Of a stretch of DNA of 64,000 nucleotides, positions 15,831-29,907 are shown piece by piece. How positions within the stretch are numbered: the first letter of the stretch is position 1; every line of letters begins with the position of its first letter. The DNA lies in contig OZ024750.1 of the NCBI GenBank assembly GCA_964016885.1, forward strand, positions 29,946,001-30,010,000. Reading direction: 5' to 3'. The notes beneath the pieces are model-generated. The model was not told where the DNA came from. It was given only the letters and a program-made list of their open reading frames with translations, and made no database searches. The position numbers and the translations under genes were made by a program. The DNA comes from Eledone cirrhosa. Taxonomy: Eukaryota.

Positions 15831-16046
15831 CTATATATATAATAGGTCGGTACACAATAAAAAATTAAAGACATGTAAACTAGACTTCAATATATATATG
15901 TATATATATATATATGTATATACACTTCGTTTTTTAATTTGTTTTGCAAGATTTCTTATCTGAAAACGTGTGTTGAAACAGATATTGTTATACAAAAACA
16001 AGATGGTGTAGGATAAAACAAAGGAGACACACAAAATAAAACTCTA

Positions 16047-16089
16047 GTCACTGAGGAGGTCACAGAATGTGTGACGAAAGAGCTTTGAC
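16047..16089 (+). ncRNA. Minimal hammerhead motif, family B (element 15918-16215)
   Basis: gtca-CTGAGGA-g-gtcaca gaatg tgtgac-GAAA-gagc-TT-tgac. Confidence 0.7.
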
Positions 16090-16210
16090 AATATATCAAT
16101 ATATAAACAACCACCCGGTTATCAAACCAACCGACCAACCGGAAATTTATAATAAATTGAAGTGAAAACCAACCGATGCGTGTGTTTTTATTGACATGAC
16201 CCTCCCAAAG

Positions 16211-16242
<32 letters not shown>

Positions 16243-16647
16243 TGCATGCATGTGTATTACTTCTGGTCTGGGCCAGTAAATCCACTTGAAAGGGGCGATT
16301 ACGTTTTACATCTGATCTGGGCCTATAAAACAACTTCGTGATTCAGGGGTAGTTTTTCAGGCAGTGTTTTACAGTCTGATGCTATTCTTACTACTAACCC
16401 CTTTAATCGCCACTTGACACGCCCCGTGATGGGTTTCATACTCATTTCTTAGGAAATATATTATATCTGCATACCTTTCTTGGCCCCCAAACCTTTACTC
16501 CCCTCTTATGACAAACACACAGGGATAACAAACTAATGGGAAATTTATCAATCGAATTTTAACGATCATCATAGGTTTTAAAGACTATCGATCTATAGAG
16601 CCAGTTAATTACAGCTGGTCTCAGCGATTGATTTCCACCATAAAAGA

Positions 16648-17210
16648 TCGTAATTGTAGTATCATATAGTTAAGACGTTATAATTGTAGTATCATATAGT
16701 TAAGACGTCATAATTGAACTATTATATCAAGGCATCATAATTGAACTATTATATCAAGGCATCATAATTGTACCACTACACAGTTAAGACGACGTAATTG
16801 TATTGTATATTTAAGACATCATAATTGTAGTATCGTATAGTTAAGACGTCATAATTGAACTATTATATCAAGGCATCATAATTGTACCACTACACAGTCA
16901 AGACGACGTAATTGTATTGTATATTTAAGACATCATAATTGTAGTATCGTATAGTTAAGACGTCATAATTGAACTATTATATCAAGGCATCATAATTGTA
17001 CCACTACACAGTTAAGACAACGTAATTGTATTGTATATTTAAGACATCATAATTGTAGTATCGTATAGTTAAGACGTCATAATTGTAGTAGTATATAGTT
17101 AATACATCATAATTGTACTACTACACAGTTAAGTCACAATTGTTGTATTATATAGTTAAGACGTCATAATTGTACTATTGTATAGTTAAGATCATAACAG
17201 TAGTAGTGTA
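16648..17210. repeat. Composite ~28-30-bp minisatellite with a 114-bp higher-order period
   Basis: taccactaca recurs at 16771, 16885 and 16999. Confidence 0.9.
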
Positions 17211-17775
17211 TATTGAAAATGGTCTGTAGATTGGATAGAGTTGTCCGAGGAACGCTGTGGAGGAAAAGTATTGTCGGGATGGTCAAGGCTGGAATGCTTT
17301 TCATCACAGGCTTACTCCATCAATGCTGATTTTATTATGAAGCACGCTGTGTAGGTGCTATCGCTAATTGATAAATTCTAATTTAGGCACAAGGCCAGCA
17401 ATTTCGAGGAAGGGAAAGTTGACCTCAGCTTGATTTCAACTCAGAATGTAGAAAGTCGTATATAAATGTCACAAAGCATGTTGTCCGACGCTCTACCGAT
17501 TCTACCAATCCACCACCTAATTATATAATAAAATAGAATAGAATTCAAAAATTGCTCTAGATAATTACATTTTCAGTTTTGTTTAGCTTGGTTCACTCAA
17601 GCTGAAGTTAGTTGACCTTTAAACTGTCATTGTTACCCCAAGAAAGGAGAGGAGGAAATTTTAGTCTTTTTGTTCACTACTTCTAAATCACAAGAGGCTA
17701 TGTCTATGTGTCACTGAGATTTCACTACAGCAGGTATAACGATGTGTAGGACACACTGAAAACAGTTCTGTATTA

Positions 17776-18334
17776 CGAGGGGGCTTCAAAATGTTCGTTG
17801 AAAAAGGACAGTTGGAAAAAAAAAAAAGGTTCAATTTATGATGTTTATTGTTCAACATATACTCCATCTAGGTTAATACACTTCTGCAAGCGTTGACACC
17901 AGCATTTAAGTCAATCTGTGTAAAACTGAGGGCCATACGATTTAAACTATATCAAAGCAGCTATTTTTACATCTTCAACTGCGGATCATCTTCAACCTCA
18001 TCTCTTCCACTTCTAAAACGATTTATCCATTTGTAGGTTGTTTATTTCTTTGTGGGGGCATTGTCCCCCATAAACTTGCTTCAGAGCATCAATTATATGG
18101 CTGCTCATCCACCCTAACTTCACCATGAATTTGATGTTTTTTGCGGAGGCTATGCTGCTCGAATGGGTGCTGACATCCGATTGGTGCCGCATTGCAACAT
18201 GCATTTAAGTGTTGATGTTAGAACATGTTATCACACGTTAGTACGAGAACGTACAGGTGCATTTGAGATCAAAATCCCTGCATATAACTTTTAGCTATAT
18301 ACTTTTTTCGCGAACTTTTTGAAGCCTCCCCTCG
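17776..18334 (-). mobile_element. Internally deleted mariner (irritans subfamily, Hsmar2-like)
   Basis: TA-flanked TIRs cgagggggcttcaaaatgttcg / cgaactttttgaagcctcccctcg. - strand remnants NIKFMVKLGWMSSHIIDALKQVYG, YKWINRFRSGRDEVEDDP and C-terminal QRLQKCINLDGVYVEQ*. Confidence 0.92.
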
Positions 18335-18845
18335 TATATTGACGTCTGAAATTTTCAGTACAGCAGGTATAACGAAGTGTAAAACACACTGAAAATAGTT
18401 CTATATTTTATTGAAGTCTGAATAATATTTAGACAGCTGTCACTGCTGTCACACTAATAGGCTTTCAACTGAAACAAACTTTTTTTTAAATAGAAACCTT
18501 GACAGCTGTGTAGTGGTGGTAGTGATGGGAGTAGGCTTGTGTGATGGATCCTCCGTCAATATTGGCTGTACATTACCAAAGTTGTTAGAACCCAGCCATG
18601 CCTACCTCTCCCAATATGTACATTACCAGAGTCGTTAGAACGTCTTGTATTTATTTCGGCTCTTTGTAGTCTGAGTTAAAAAAAAAAAAAGCCCAGGTGA
18701 GGTCAGATCTGCTTTTCATCTTTAGCCTTTCAGGGGTCGATAAATAAAGTACTAACCTCGAGCAGTGGATTGGTAAACTCGTTAGAATATTTGCTGTCTG
18801 CTGGTGTCTCAAATGATACAACTTAATGATTCAATTCAATATTGA

Positions 18846-19115
18846 ATTGAGATGTTCCCATAGCCGCATTGGAGATGTTCCCATAGCCGCATTGGAGATG
18901 TTCCCATAGCCGTATTGGAGATATCCCCATGGCCACATTGGAGATATCCCCCATGGCTACATTGGAGATATCCCCCATGGCTACATTGGAGATATCCCCC
19001 ATGGCTACATTGGAGATATCCCCCATGGCTACATTGGAGATATCCCCCATGGCTACATTGGAGATATCCCCCATGGCCACATTGGAGATATCCCCCATGG
19101 CCACATTGGAGATAT
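18846..19115. repeat. 24-bp minisatellite, ~11 copies
   Basis: Unit cattggagatatcccccatggcta. Confidence 0.95.
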
Positions 19116-20091
19116 CTGGTTAGAGCATTGGACGTTGGACGTGATAGCTTGCGGTATTCTTTTCGGTCATTTGCGTTCTGAATTCGACGACATTGGCACC
19201 ATCGATGGCGCGATATGATTGATTAGAATCTCTTGAGCTCTAACAGAAACTCTGTAACATAGTCAAACGATCGACTTTCGTCAAATCGGACCGAGGAAAC
19301 AATGTTTTCTCTTCACTGTGTGTGTAATTCTAATTTATTAAACCTGTTTTGTTTTTTTAACTTACTGCATTAAATAAGTTAGCCTCCACTTAACTCACGT
19401 TCTTCATGCAGAAGTATTCCCTAGGAAAATCTCCCTTGCCATAGTAATTTAAGATTCTATTAATAGGTATTAAAGATATGTCTGGGCTGTAAGTAAATTT
19501 CTGAAAATTTGAAATAGCATTTGGCTTATAGTTTCAATTACATTGTACTTTGTTAAATTTAAGTACTTACTTTACTGCGTTAAATTTAATTATGTGCTGT
19601 TAAATTTAAGTACGTATTTTGCACTTCTCCGTTAAATTTAATTACTTGTGTTGTTAAATTTAAGTGTTTATATTGCACTTTCCCGTTAAATTTGTGCTGT
19701 TAAACGTAAGGACATACTTTGGACTTCTTTAAATTTAATTATGTTGTTTAGCCAGGGTCAGCTCTGACTGTGTATATCTGTAACGAAAGGCATAGCCCAG
19801 TCACGATTACCTCGTCCCTGTTCTTCTCTCGGGCAAGATATATCTAGTAATACATCATATCCAATACGCCTCTTCTCTTTTAAGAATGTAGTGGTTGTAA
19901 TTTAAGGGAGATTTGGTTGCTATTTCTAACAAGTTGAGTAACATGGTCCTTGCAGAGTCCACTCTGTTGCAAGCCTTCAGACCAGATTTTCGGTTTAAGG
20001 ATACTCTTTTCTTTCTCACCCAGCATTCTCGATACCTCTGCAATGGGTCATTGGCACTTATCTTCATCCTCTGACTAAACAATGAAACAAG

Positions 20092-20475
20092 TTTCTGATT
20101 TAGGCACAAGGCCAACAATTTGGCGGGAAAGGAAAGTCAATTAAATCGACCCCAGTGCGTTACTGGTACTTTATTTTATCGACCCCGTAAGGCTAAAAGG
20201 CAAAGCTAACGGGATAATAATAAGAATAATAATTGTTTCTACTTTTGGCACAAGGCCACCAATTATCCAGTACATTACTGGTACTTTATTTTATCGACCC
20301 CGTAAGGATGAAAGGCAAAGCTAACGGGATAATAATAATAATAATAATAATAATAATTGTTTCTACTTTTGGCACAAGGCCAGCAATTACCCAGTACATT
20401 ACTGGTACTTTATTTTATCGACCCCGAAAGGATGAAAGGCAAAGTTAATCTCGGCGGGATTTGAACTCAGAATGG
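20092..20475 (-). mobile_element. Three tandem partial copies of the dominant tRNA-derived SINE
   Basis: Repeated ggcacaaggcc...tactggtactttattttatcgacccc.taaggatgaaaggcaaag separated by (AAT)n. Confidence 0.85.
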
Positions 20476-20780
20476 CAATGGTTTCAACAATTTCATTTTC
20501 AACAATTTGGGGGGACTAGAAAATTGATTAAATCGACCCCATTGTGTAAGGCTTAATCTTCAAGAGAACTAAGTTAATGGTACACGTGTCTGTGGAATTC
20601 CCAGCCATTGACGCGCATATTTCACGAGCAGGCTGTTCTGTTCTGTTCGAATAACTGGAAAACAATCGTTCTCGAAACCAACATAGGTCGACAACATGCC
20701 CCCCCCCTCCACACATACACACACACACACACACCCGCATACACATAACACCACACATCTGCATATACACCACATACATG

Positions 20781-20816
<36 letters not shown>

Positions 20817-21769
20817 GTTGTTTGTGTTCCATAATCAACCATGTTGACATTGAAATAGACTAAATGCTCGGCTTTCTCTCCAACGTGTTCTATTACACAT
20901 TTTATAGCCATTAATTGTATGTTAAGTCTTAATATTGTTTCTTATCCGCCCCCGTTGGCACAAAACCATCAATATTTAAGAGGCGTCGTCGAACCCTTCC
21001 AACACTAGCTGTCCCTCACACACACACATTGCAAAATTGGCAACCGGTACAAAAATACCGCGGTCTTCAGCCGTCGAAATAGATGTATAGTTTCGACCCC
21101 TACCGACTCTACTGCTAGTGTCTGACAAAGTAGTCAAACACTGTCCTTGCAGGTTTTTACAAGGAGAAACCAAAACAACAATAAAAACAAAACTTACGTG
21201 TATCGTCGGATAGAATGCCCTGCAGTATTTATTGTGGTTCTCTGTACTTCGAGTTCAAGTCTCACCGAGGTCAACTTTGTCTTCCATCCTTTCAGGGTCG
21301 GTAAAATAAAGTACCAGCCAAGTACTGGGGTTGATTTAATCAACTTTGTCCTTCCCTACAAATTTGCTGGCCTTGTGCTTAAATTACTAATATACTTAGG
21401 ACTACATTATCAAATGTCCTTTTTTAAGACATATCTAAATATACCTAGGACTGCATTATCAAATGTATCCTTTTTTTAATATAGTTTGTAATATATTTAG
21501 GACTACATAACCAAATATATACTTCCTTCCGTAAGACATATCTTAATATATTTAAGACTTTATTATCAAATGTATCCTTCCTTTTTAAGACAGTTCGTAA
21601 TGTACCAAGGACTGCATTATCAAATGCATCCTTCTTTTTTAAGATAGTAGGGTATCATTCGAAGGAGATTTGACTGCTATTTCTACCCTGTGGAACGACC
21701 AAGTAGAGTCTCTTTCGGTGTTGTTACAACAACAACGATATTGCGTTATTACAACAATAATTTAGAAAT

Positions 21770-22215
21770 ATTGATTATTACAATATCTTCTCTAGAAATA
21801 CTGGTTATAGCTGTTATTACAACAATAACTGCACTATAAATATTATGTTATTACAATAACTTCTCTAGAAATATTGGTTTTATGTTATTACAGCAATAAC
21901 AGCACTAGAAATATTATTTCTGTTATTACAACAATAACAGCACTAGAAATATTATTTCTGTTATTACAACAATAACAGCACTAGAAATATTATTTCTGTT
22001 ATTACAACAATAACTGCACTAGAAATATTATTTCTGTTATTACAACAATAACTGCACTAGAAATATTATTTCTGTTATTACAACAATAACTGCACTAGAA
22101 ATATTATTTCTGTTATTACAACAATAACTGCTCTAGAAATATTATTTCTGTTATTACAACAATAACTGCTCTAGAAATATTATTTCTGTTATTACAACAA
22201 TAACTTTTCTAGAAA
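21770..22215. repeat. 38-bp minisatellite
   Basis: Unit gttattacaacaataacagcactagaaatattatttct. Confidence 0.95.
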
Positions 22216-22564
22216 TAATGGTTATATCTGTTCCACCATATTCTATATTTATCTCAATTACTTCTGGAATGTTTGTTTACTTGAAATATCAATAAAAATG
22301 GTGGCTTTAATCATTTCAAAATACGTTTCCAATATCATAATGAAAAGAAAATGAGTTTGACCCTCCCCCTCTCTTTTCTTCATTTTCTCCATTTTTCTTT
22401 CTTCTCACAACACATTGTTGGACAGGTAAGCTTTTCAATACCAACCCTGCCAAAACTGGCTATGGTTCTATATAACAAAACCACCAATTTTAAAGGGTTT
22501 CAATTCAAATACAAATCTTCCAAGATGGTTTTATATAAGAATCATGTTTAGAAGAGTTATGTAC

Positions 22565-22950
22565 ATAAATTATCAATATGATCCCCCTTGTTCGGACCCT
22601 TTCTTAACAGCGCCACCACACTTCAGCTCAGAGAACTAGGAATTCTCTCGTTCCTCTGCCAGTTGAGACAGACGTCCGCTAAGATGTTGCCAAACAAGTC
22701 TGGTATGTAGATCTAAAGCTCGTAGGGAAGAGTATCCAAATCTGGCGATTTCTCCCTTGTGCAACCAGTAATCACCTCCTGTATTTCGTGGGTTGTTATC
22801 GGTATTTCGCAGTATCTCGCCTCAGTTGCTGAGAGTCACGGTAGACAGTCAAAGTAGGCTGTAAAGTCCAATCCTGCTATCCGACCACTCTAACGTCCCG
22901 AACAGCTGGCCGAAGGGCCGCTGAAAGCCGGCACACATCTGACCATTGGA
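22565..22950 (-). mobile_element. Decayed L1/Tx1-clade LINE ORF2 fragment (region just before the RT core)
   Basis: - strand translation LP*LSATEARYCEIPITTHEIQEVITGCTREKSPDLDTLPYEL*...IPSSLS*SVVALLRKGPNKGDHIDN matches the KSPGxDGLPxE...LLxK...KGD pattern, with three stops. Confidence 0.85.
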
Positions 22951-23154
22951 TGGTTTTCGTCCCTTCATGTCTCAGAACATGTGATATAGCCCTAACATTG
23001 TAGTCTTCGTGTTTTACGGCGAAGAATTAGTCAAGAATCAATCAAGCATGTCGACCGCAATGTTTTACGTTGAAGAGTTAATCGAGGACCAAGCAAACAT
23101 GTCGACCGCAATGCCTTTCCTAAATGCCTCATCAAACTTCCTGACTACACACAC

Positions 23155-23472
23155 TCTCTTTCTCTTTCTCTCTCGCTCTTTCTCTCTCGCTCTTTCTCTC
23201 TCGCTCTCTCTTTCTCGCTCTCTCTTTCTCGCTCTCTCTTTCTCGCTCTCTCTTTCTCGCTTTCTCTTTCTCTCTCTCTCTTTCTCTCTCTTTCTCGCTC
23301 GCTCTTTCGCTCTCTCTCTCTTGCTCGCTCTCTCTCTCTCTCTTGCTCGCTCTCTCTCTCTCTCTCTTGTTCGCTCTCTCTCTCTCTCTCTTGTTCGCTC
23401 TCTCTCTCTCTCTTGTTCGCTCTCTCTCTCTCTCTTGCTCGCTCTCTTTCTCTTGCTCGCTCTCTCTCTCTT

Positions 23473-23520
<48 letters not shown>

Positions 23521-23530
23521 CCTCTCCCCT
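23155..23530. repeat. (CT)n/(CTCG) microsatellite
   Basis: Direct reading. Confidence 0.95.
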
Positions 23531-24017
23531 TCTGGCTTTTTAGGGCGAATAATGGTTTCTGATTTAGATACAAGGCCAACAAATTGGGGGTTGAGGGGAA
23601 AGTCAATTAAATTGACCCCACTGCGTTACTGGTACTTTATTTTATACACTCCATAAGGATGAAAGGCAAAGCTAACTTTGGTGGGATTTGAACTCAACGT
23701 AAAGGGACGTAACTATAAACCGCAATGGCGACAGTGGTGGTGGGTACCTAAAACGAGTAAAACAACAAACGAACACTACCAACAACAAAACAGGTAACAA
23801 AATAACAATAAATGTGGGAGTTATTGTTATTAACTCTTTTGAACCTTTCCAAACTGTCCGCCATACTTCCGACACAATGTTTAACGTTTGAAAACAGCCC
23901 GATATTATTATTGTTTGTATTTTTATTGTTTATTGTTATTGTTTTCATATTTTTCTCTCGATTTTATGTAAACCCCCCACTGTCCTCGTCTATTGTATTG
24001 TTCCCTATATGTCGGTC

Positions 24018-24230
24018 CTTGGCAATATCGGTGGAAGGTCGGACGCCATGCTTTCCAACATAGTTATGTCCCTTTACGGTCTGAGTTCCAATCCCGCCGA
24101 GGTGAACTTTGCCTTTCATCCTTACGGGGTCGATAAAATAAAGTACCAATCACGCACTGGGGTCGATTTAATCGACTTTCCCCTCCCACCAAAATATTGT
24201 TGGCCTTGTGCGTGCCTAAATCAGAAACCT
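24018..24230 (+). mobile_element. Dominant tRNA-derived SINE; other copies at ~17377-17517(-), 21200-21390(+), 23553-23730(-), 24550-24960(-), 25090-25278(+), 45985-46115(+), 54788-54945(+), 58445-58625(-), 61425-61550(+)
   Basis: ttggcagtatcggtaga...gagttcaaatcccgccgaggttaactttgcctttcatccttacggggtcgataaaataaagtaccag; the centre resembles the Meta/Sauria-type SINE domain (from recall). Confidence 0.85.
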
Positions 24231-26021
24231 TTGTTAAATATGGATGTAGTTTGTTTTTAATTATAATTTTTTAATCATTGCTCCATAACAATGGCATCTT
24301 TTTATACATATTTCCGCCTGCCCTGCCTATGATTTTATTGGTTAGTAACTAGAGCGAGTAGTTGTAATAATGTGATAATTCACAAGGTCACTACCACTTG
24401 CTATAGTAGGCCTCACGACTACCTAGGATGGGTCTTAACACAGACGTGGAGAAATTCAAAAGATAATTCTATTATTTTTCTTCCTTGTAATTTAATAACC
24501 AGTCACTTTCTCATAGCGTGATTGTTATTTTAAGTATTTCTGATAATAATAATTGTTTCTACGTTTGACACAAGGTCAACAATTTGAAGGGAAGGGGAAA
24601 GTCGACCAAATCGACCCTAGTGCATTACTGGTGCTTAACTATGGTTTCTGATTTAGGCACAAGGCCAACAGTTTTTTTTTTTGGGGGGGGGGGGGGGGTC
24701 CGATTAAATCGACCGAATGTATTACTGGTACTTTATTTTATCGACCCAGGAAGGATGAAATGCAAAGCTAACCTCGACGGGATTTGAACTCAGAATGCAA
24801 AGAGCCGGAACAAATAGTACTAAGCATTTGTCTGACACTGTAGAGTCTCCGCCCAATAACAACAACAACAATAATAATAATTTGGACTCGGAAGTAAAGA
24901 GCCAGAACAAATGACGCAATTCATTCTGCTCGACGCTCTACCGATTCTGCCAATTCACCGCCTTTTTAATAATATCGCCATTCCTATTATAATTTCTCTG
25001 TTGTTCAGCCAACGTTATATAGCCACCTGTACTCACGTTAGTGAAAGGACAGTTAAACAGTCTTTTGCGTCATAAAAGTGTATCAATATGCGGTGGATTG
25101 GCAGTATCGGTTGGGGGTCGGACGCCATGCTTTGACGCATAGAGTTACGGCCCTTGCCATTCTGAGTTCAAATCCCGCCGAGGTTAACTTTGCCTTTCAT
25201 CCTTATGGGGTCGATAAAATAAAGTACCAGTAACACACTGGATAATTGCTGGCCTTGTGCCAAAAGTAGAAACAATTATATTATAGTTGGATTTATAACT
25301 GTCCGCCTGTCACACAAGCGCTACACTCTAACAAAACTGTTCTAAAATGTTTTCATTCATGCCAGAAGTGAGCGTTCTCTACCAACATTATGTCTCTCTG
25401 TCTCTCTCCCTCTCTGAAATACCAATGAAGGTTGGAAGATCACTGATGATGGACTAAATTTATTCATATGTAACCCATTTGCAACCACGCAGCACGTCTT
25501 GTTTTCATATTCACACATATGTATATATATATGTACGTGTTTGCTAAGTAATTTGATCTGAGACTGTGCTGAAACTAAAACAAATTCTGCGTTGAAGAGA
25601 CATTTAAGCCGTTTAAAAACACACATACAAAAAAAAAAAAAATGTCCATTTTATATATATATATATTCGAACTTGGATAATTACCCGGAGTCTGTGAACT
25701 CTTCGCCCACGGATTAACCAGTCTTCAGATTGCCGGACTTTTGAACTGCTTATATATATATATATATATATGTGTATATATAGTGGTAAGAACTTGGTAG
25801 ATATATCCAAGGAATAGAGCACTTCAAGTTCACAGGGTGAGTTTTAATATAATTATTAAGGTCCATTACTACAACGGAGCCATACTAGGAACATACGTTT
25901 AGTTGGCTTGGGGGACCAACTTTTTAAACCTTAGCCGCTCTCATATCTCCCTTCTCTTAACTAAACTATTGCAGGTTCCTTGCTACCGGCTGACTCTACA
26001 CTCCTGTTTAAGGGGTATATT

Positions 26022-27860
26022 TCAGTTCTGCCTCGTGGACAAAATGGTAATAGTATTACCACAGTGAATAACCAGTGACACCCGCTGCATAAGCAACATC
26101 ACCTTGCGAGGTCCCTTCTTCAGACGGGATGCAATAATCCCAATTTTGCTGAGGAAAACAGCAGTTCGGTGACCGAGGACACCAGATGTGTCAAAGGTGA
26201 CCAGCACGAAAAGGAAGCTGTCGGTCAAGTCTCGGTATTTGGGTATCTTCTCCTCTTCTCTGTGTTACAGGTGGCTGTGTCCAGGTTTGTGACCGAAGCA
26301 ATACAAGGTTGTAGGTGGAGAATGGTGGCGTCCCAGGTTAGAGATTCTCCCTCTCCCTTGAACGAGAAAAGTGTTGTTCCATCTGGGCGCTTACCATCAC
26401 CACGGTCGAGGCCAGCAGCTTCCAGGTGTAATGGGAATCTCACCACCTCGAGTCTCCAGTGGTAATGGGAATCTCACCACCTCGAGTCTCCAGTTGTGAT
26501 GGGAATCTCACCGCTCTAGGCCCCAGTTGTGATGGGAATCTCACCGCTCTAGGCTCCAGTTGTGATGGGGATCTCGCCGCTTTAGGCCCCAGTTGTGATA
26601 GGAGTCTCGCCGCCCTAGGCCCCAGTTGTGATGGGAATCTCGCCGCTTTAGGCCCCAGTTGTGATGGGAATCTCACCGCTCTAGGCCCCAGTTGTGATGG
26701 AAATCTCACCGCTCTAGGCCCCAGTTGTGATGGGAATCTCACCGCCCTAGGCCCCAGTTGTGATGGGAATCTCACCGCTCCTAGACCCCAGTTGTGATGG
26801 GAATCTCACCGCTCTAGGCCCCAGTTGTGATGGGAATCTCACCGCTCCTAGACCCCAGTTGTGATGGGAATCTCACCGCTCTAGGCCCCAGTTGTGATGG
26901 AAATCTCACCGCTCTAGGCCCCAGTTGTGATGGAAATCTCACCGCTCTAGGCCCCAGTTGTGATGGGAATCTCACCGCTCTAGGCCCCAGTTGTGATGGG
27001 AATCTCACCGCTCTAGGCCCCAGTTGTGATGGGAATCTCACCGCTCTAGGCCCCAGTTGTGATGGGAATCTCACCGCTCTAGGCCCCAGTTGTGATGGGA
27101 ATCTCACCGCTCCTAGACCCCAGTTGTGATGGGAATCTCACCGCTCTAGGCCCCAGTTGTGATGGGAATCTCGCCGCTCTAGGCCCCAGTTGTGATGGGA
27201 ATCTCACCGCTCCTAGACCCCAGTTGTGATGGGAATCTCACCGCTCTAGGCCCCAGTTGTGATGGGAATCTCACCGCTCCTAGACCCCAGTTGTGATGGG
27301 AATCTCACCGCTCTAGGCTCCAGTTGTGATGGGAATCTCACCGCTCTAGGCCCCAGTTGTGATGGGAATCTCACCGCTCGAGGCCCCAGTTGTGATGGGA
27401 ATCTCACCGCTCCTAGACCCCAGTTGTGATGGGAATCTCACCGCTCTAGGCCCCAGTTGTGATGGGAATCTCGCCGCTTTAGGCCCCAGTTGTGATAGGA
27501 GTCTCGCCGCCCTAGGCCCCAGTTGTGATGGGAATCTCGCCGCTTTAGGCCCCAGTTGTGATGGGAATCTCACCGCTCTAGGCCCCAGTTGTGATGGGAA
27601 TCTCACCGCTCTAGGCCCCAGTTGTGATGGGAATCTCACCGCTCCTAGACCCCAGTTGTGATGGGAATCTCACCGCTCTAGGCCCCAGTTGTGATGGGAA
27701 TCTCGCCGCTCTAGGCCCCAGTTGTGATGGGAATCTCACCGCTCTAGGCCCCAGTTGTGATGGAAATCTCGCCGCTCCTAGACCTTAGTAATGATGAGAA
27801 TCCGACCGCCATAAAATTCCTTTTTGATGACGTCGTTCAAATGATTGGCAGATGTTTAAC
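26022..27860 (-). mobile_element. Decayed CRE-like non-LTR retrotransposon 3' end (restriction-like endonuclease), split by an internal minisatellite
   Basis: HLNDVIKK (~27850-27825) ... LEAAGLDRGDGKRPDGTTLFSF..GESLTWDAT ... FDTSGVLG...FLSKIG...LLMQRVSLVIHCGNTITIL matches the RPD...WD.T...E.RK...QR.S..IQRGNA pattern, with frameshifts. Confidence 0.85.
26430..27790. repeat. 33/34-bp minisatellite, ~40 copies
   Basis: Unit gatgggaatctcaccgctctaggccccagttgt. Confidence 0.97.
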
Positions 27861-27914
27861 AACGCATTACAAAGTCACAACTCTATTCTCTCTCTCTGCT
27901 GTTTGTATACATAT

Positions 27915-29850
27915 ACGATACACTGTATCTCTTTATATACACTATATCTCTTTATATACATGGTATCTCTTTATATACACTATATCTCTTTATATACATG
28001 GTATCTCTTTATATACATGGTATCTCTTTATATACACTATATCTCTTTATATACATGGTATCTCTTTATATACATGGTATCTCTTTATATACACTATATC
28101 TCTTTATATACATGGTATCTCTTTATATACACTATATCTCTCTCTATACACTGTATCTCTCTTTATATGCATCGTATCTCTTTTATATACATTATATTTC
28201 TTTATTTACATGGTATCTCTTTATATACACTATATCTATCTCTCTATACACTGTATTTCTCTTATATACACTGTATTTTATCTTTATACACACTGTATCT
28301 CTCTTTATACATACTGTATCTCTCTTTATATACACTATATCTCTATTTATACACACTGTATCTCTCTTTATATACACTGTATCTCTCTTTATGCACACTG
28401 TATCTCTCTTTATATACACTGTATCTCTCTTTATATACACTGTATCTCTCTTTATATACACTGTATCTCTCTTTATACACACTGTATCTCTCTTTATACA
28501 CACTGTATCTCTCTTTATATACACTATCTCTCTTTATGCACACTGTATCTCTCTTTATATACACTGTATCTCTCTTGATATACACTGTATCTCTCTTGAT
28601 ATACACTGTATCTCTCTTGATATACACTGTATCTCTCTGTATATACAGTGTATCTCTCTTGATATACACTGTATCTCTCTTGATATACACTGTATCTCTC
28701 TTGATATACACTGTATCTCTCTTGATATACACTGTATCTCTCTTTATATACACTGTATCTCTCTTGATATACACTGTATCTCTCTTGATATACACTGTAT
28801 CTCTCTTGATATACACTGTATCTCTCTTGATATACACTGTATCTCTCTTGATATACACTGTATCTCTCTTTATATACACTGTATCTCTCTTGATATACAC
28901 TGTATCTCTCTTGATATACACTGTATCTCTCTGTATATACAGTGTATCTCTCTTTATATACACTGTATCTCTCTTGATATACACTGTATCTCTCTTGATA
29001 TACACTGTATCTCTCTTTATATACACTGTATCTCTCTTGATATACACTGTATCTCTCTTGATATACACTGTATCTCTCTTGATATACACTGTATCTCTCT
29101 TGATATACACTGTATCTCTCTTGATATACACTGTATCTCTCTTGATATACACTGTATCTCTCTTGATATACACTGTATCTCTCTTGATATACACTGTATC
29201 TCTCTTTATATACACTGTATCTCTCTTGATATACACTGTATCTCTCTTGATATACACTGTATCTCTCTTGATATACACTGTATCTCTCTTTATATACACT
29301 GTATCTCTCTTGATATACACTGTATCTCTCTTGATATACACTGTATCTCTCTTGATATACACTGTATCTCTCTTGATATACACTGTATCTTTCTTTATAT
29401 ACACTACATCTTTCTAAATACACTGTATCTCTCTTGATATACACTGTATCTCTCTTTATATACACTAGATCTCTCTTTATATACACTACATCTTTCTAAA
29501 TACACTGGATCTCTCTATAAATACACTGGATCTCTCTATAAATACACTGGATCTCTCTATAAATACACTGGATCTCTCTATATATACACTGGATCTCTCT
29601 ATAAATACACTGGATCTCTCTATATATACACTGGATCTCTCTATATATACACTGGATCTCTCTATAAATACACTGGATCTCTCTATATATACACTGGATC
29701 TCTCTATATATACACTGGGTCTCTCTATATATACACTGGGTCTCTCTATATATACACTGGGTCTCTCTATATATACACTGGGTCTCTCTATATATACACT
29801 GGATCTGCCTATAGACACACTATCTCTTCTATAGACACACTATCTCTCTT
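27915..29850. repeat. 19-21-bp minisatellite with polarised variants
   Basis: Unit atacactgtatctctcttgat, grading into atacactggatctctctatat. Confidence 0.97.
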
Positions 29851-29907
29851 CTTTGCTACATATGAAGTTGTTCCTACTCTCTCTCTATACTTTATACTAT
29901 ATATAAC

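Noticed and set aside
20528-21173. Possible minus-strand coding exons (MAIKCVIEHV..., MVSPCKNLQ...)
   Set aside because: No recognisable homology and no consistent partner exons found.
26440-29818. Repetitive ORFs (RFPSQLGPRAV, YIKRDTV and similar), and arrays superficially like CRISPR
   Set aside because: Head-to-tail minisatellites with no unique spacers and no cas genes, in a eukaryotic context.
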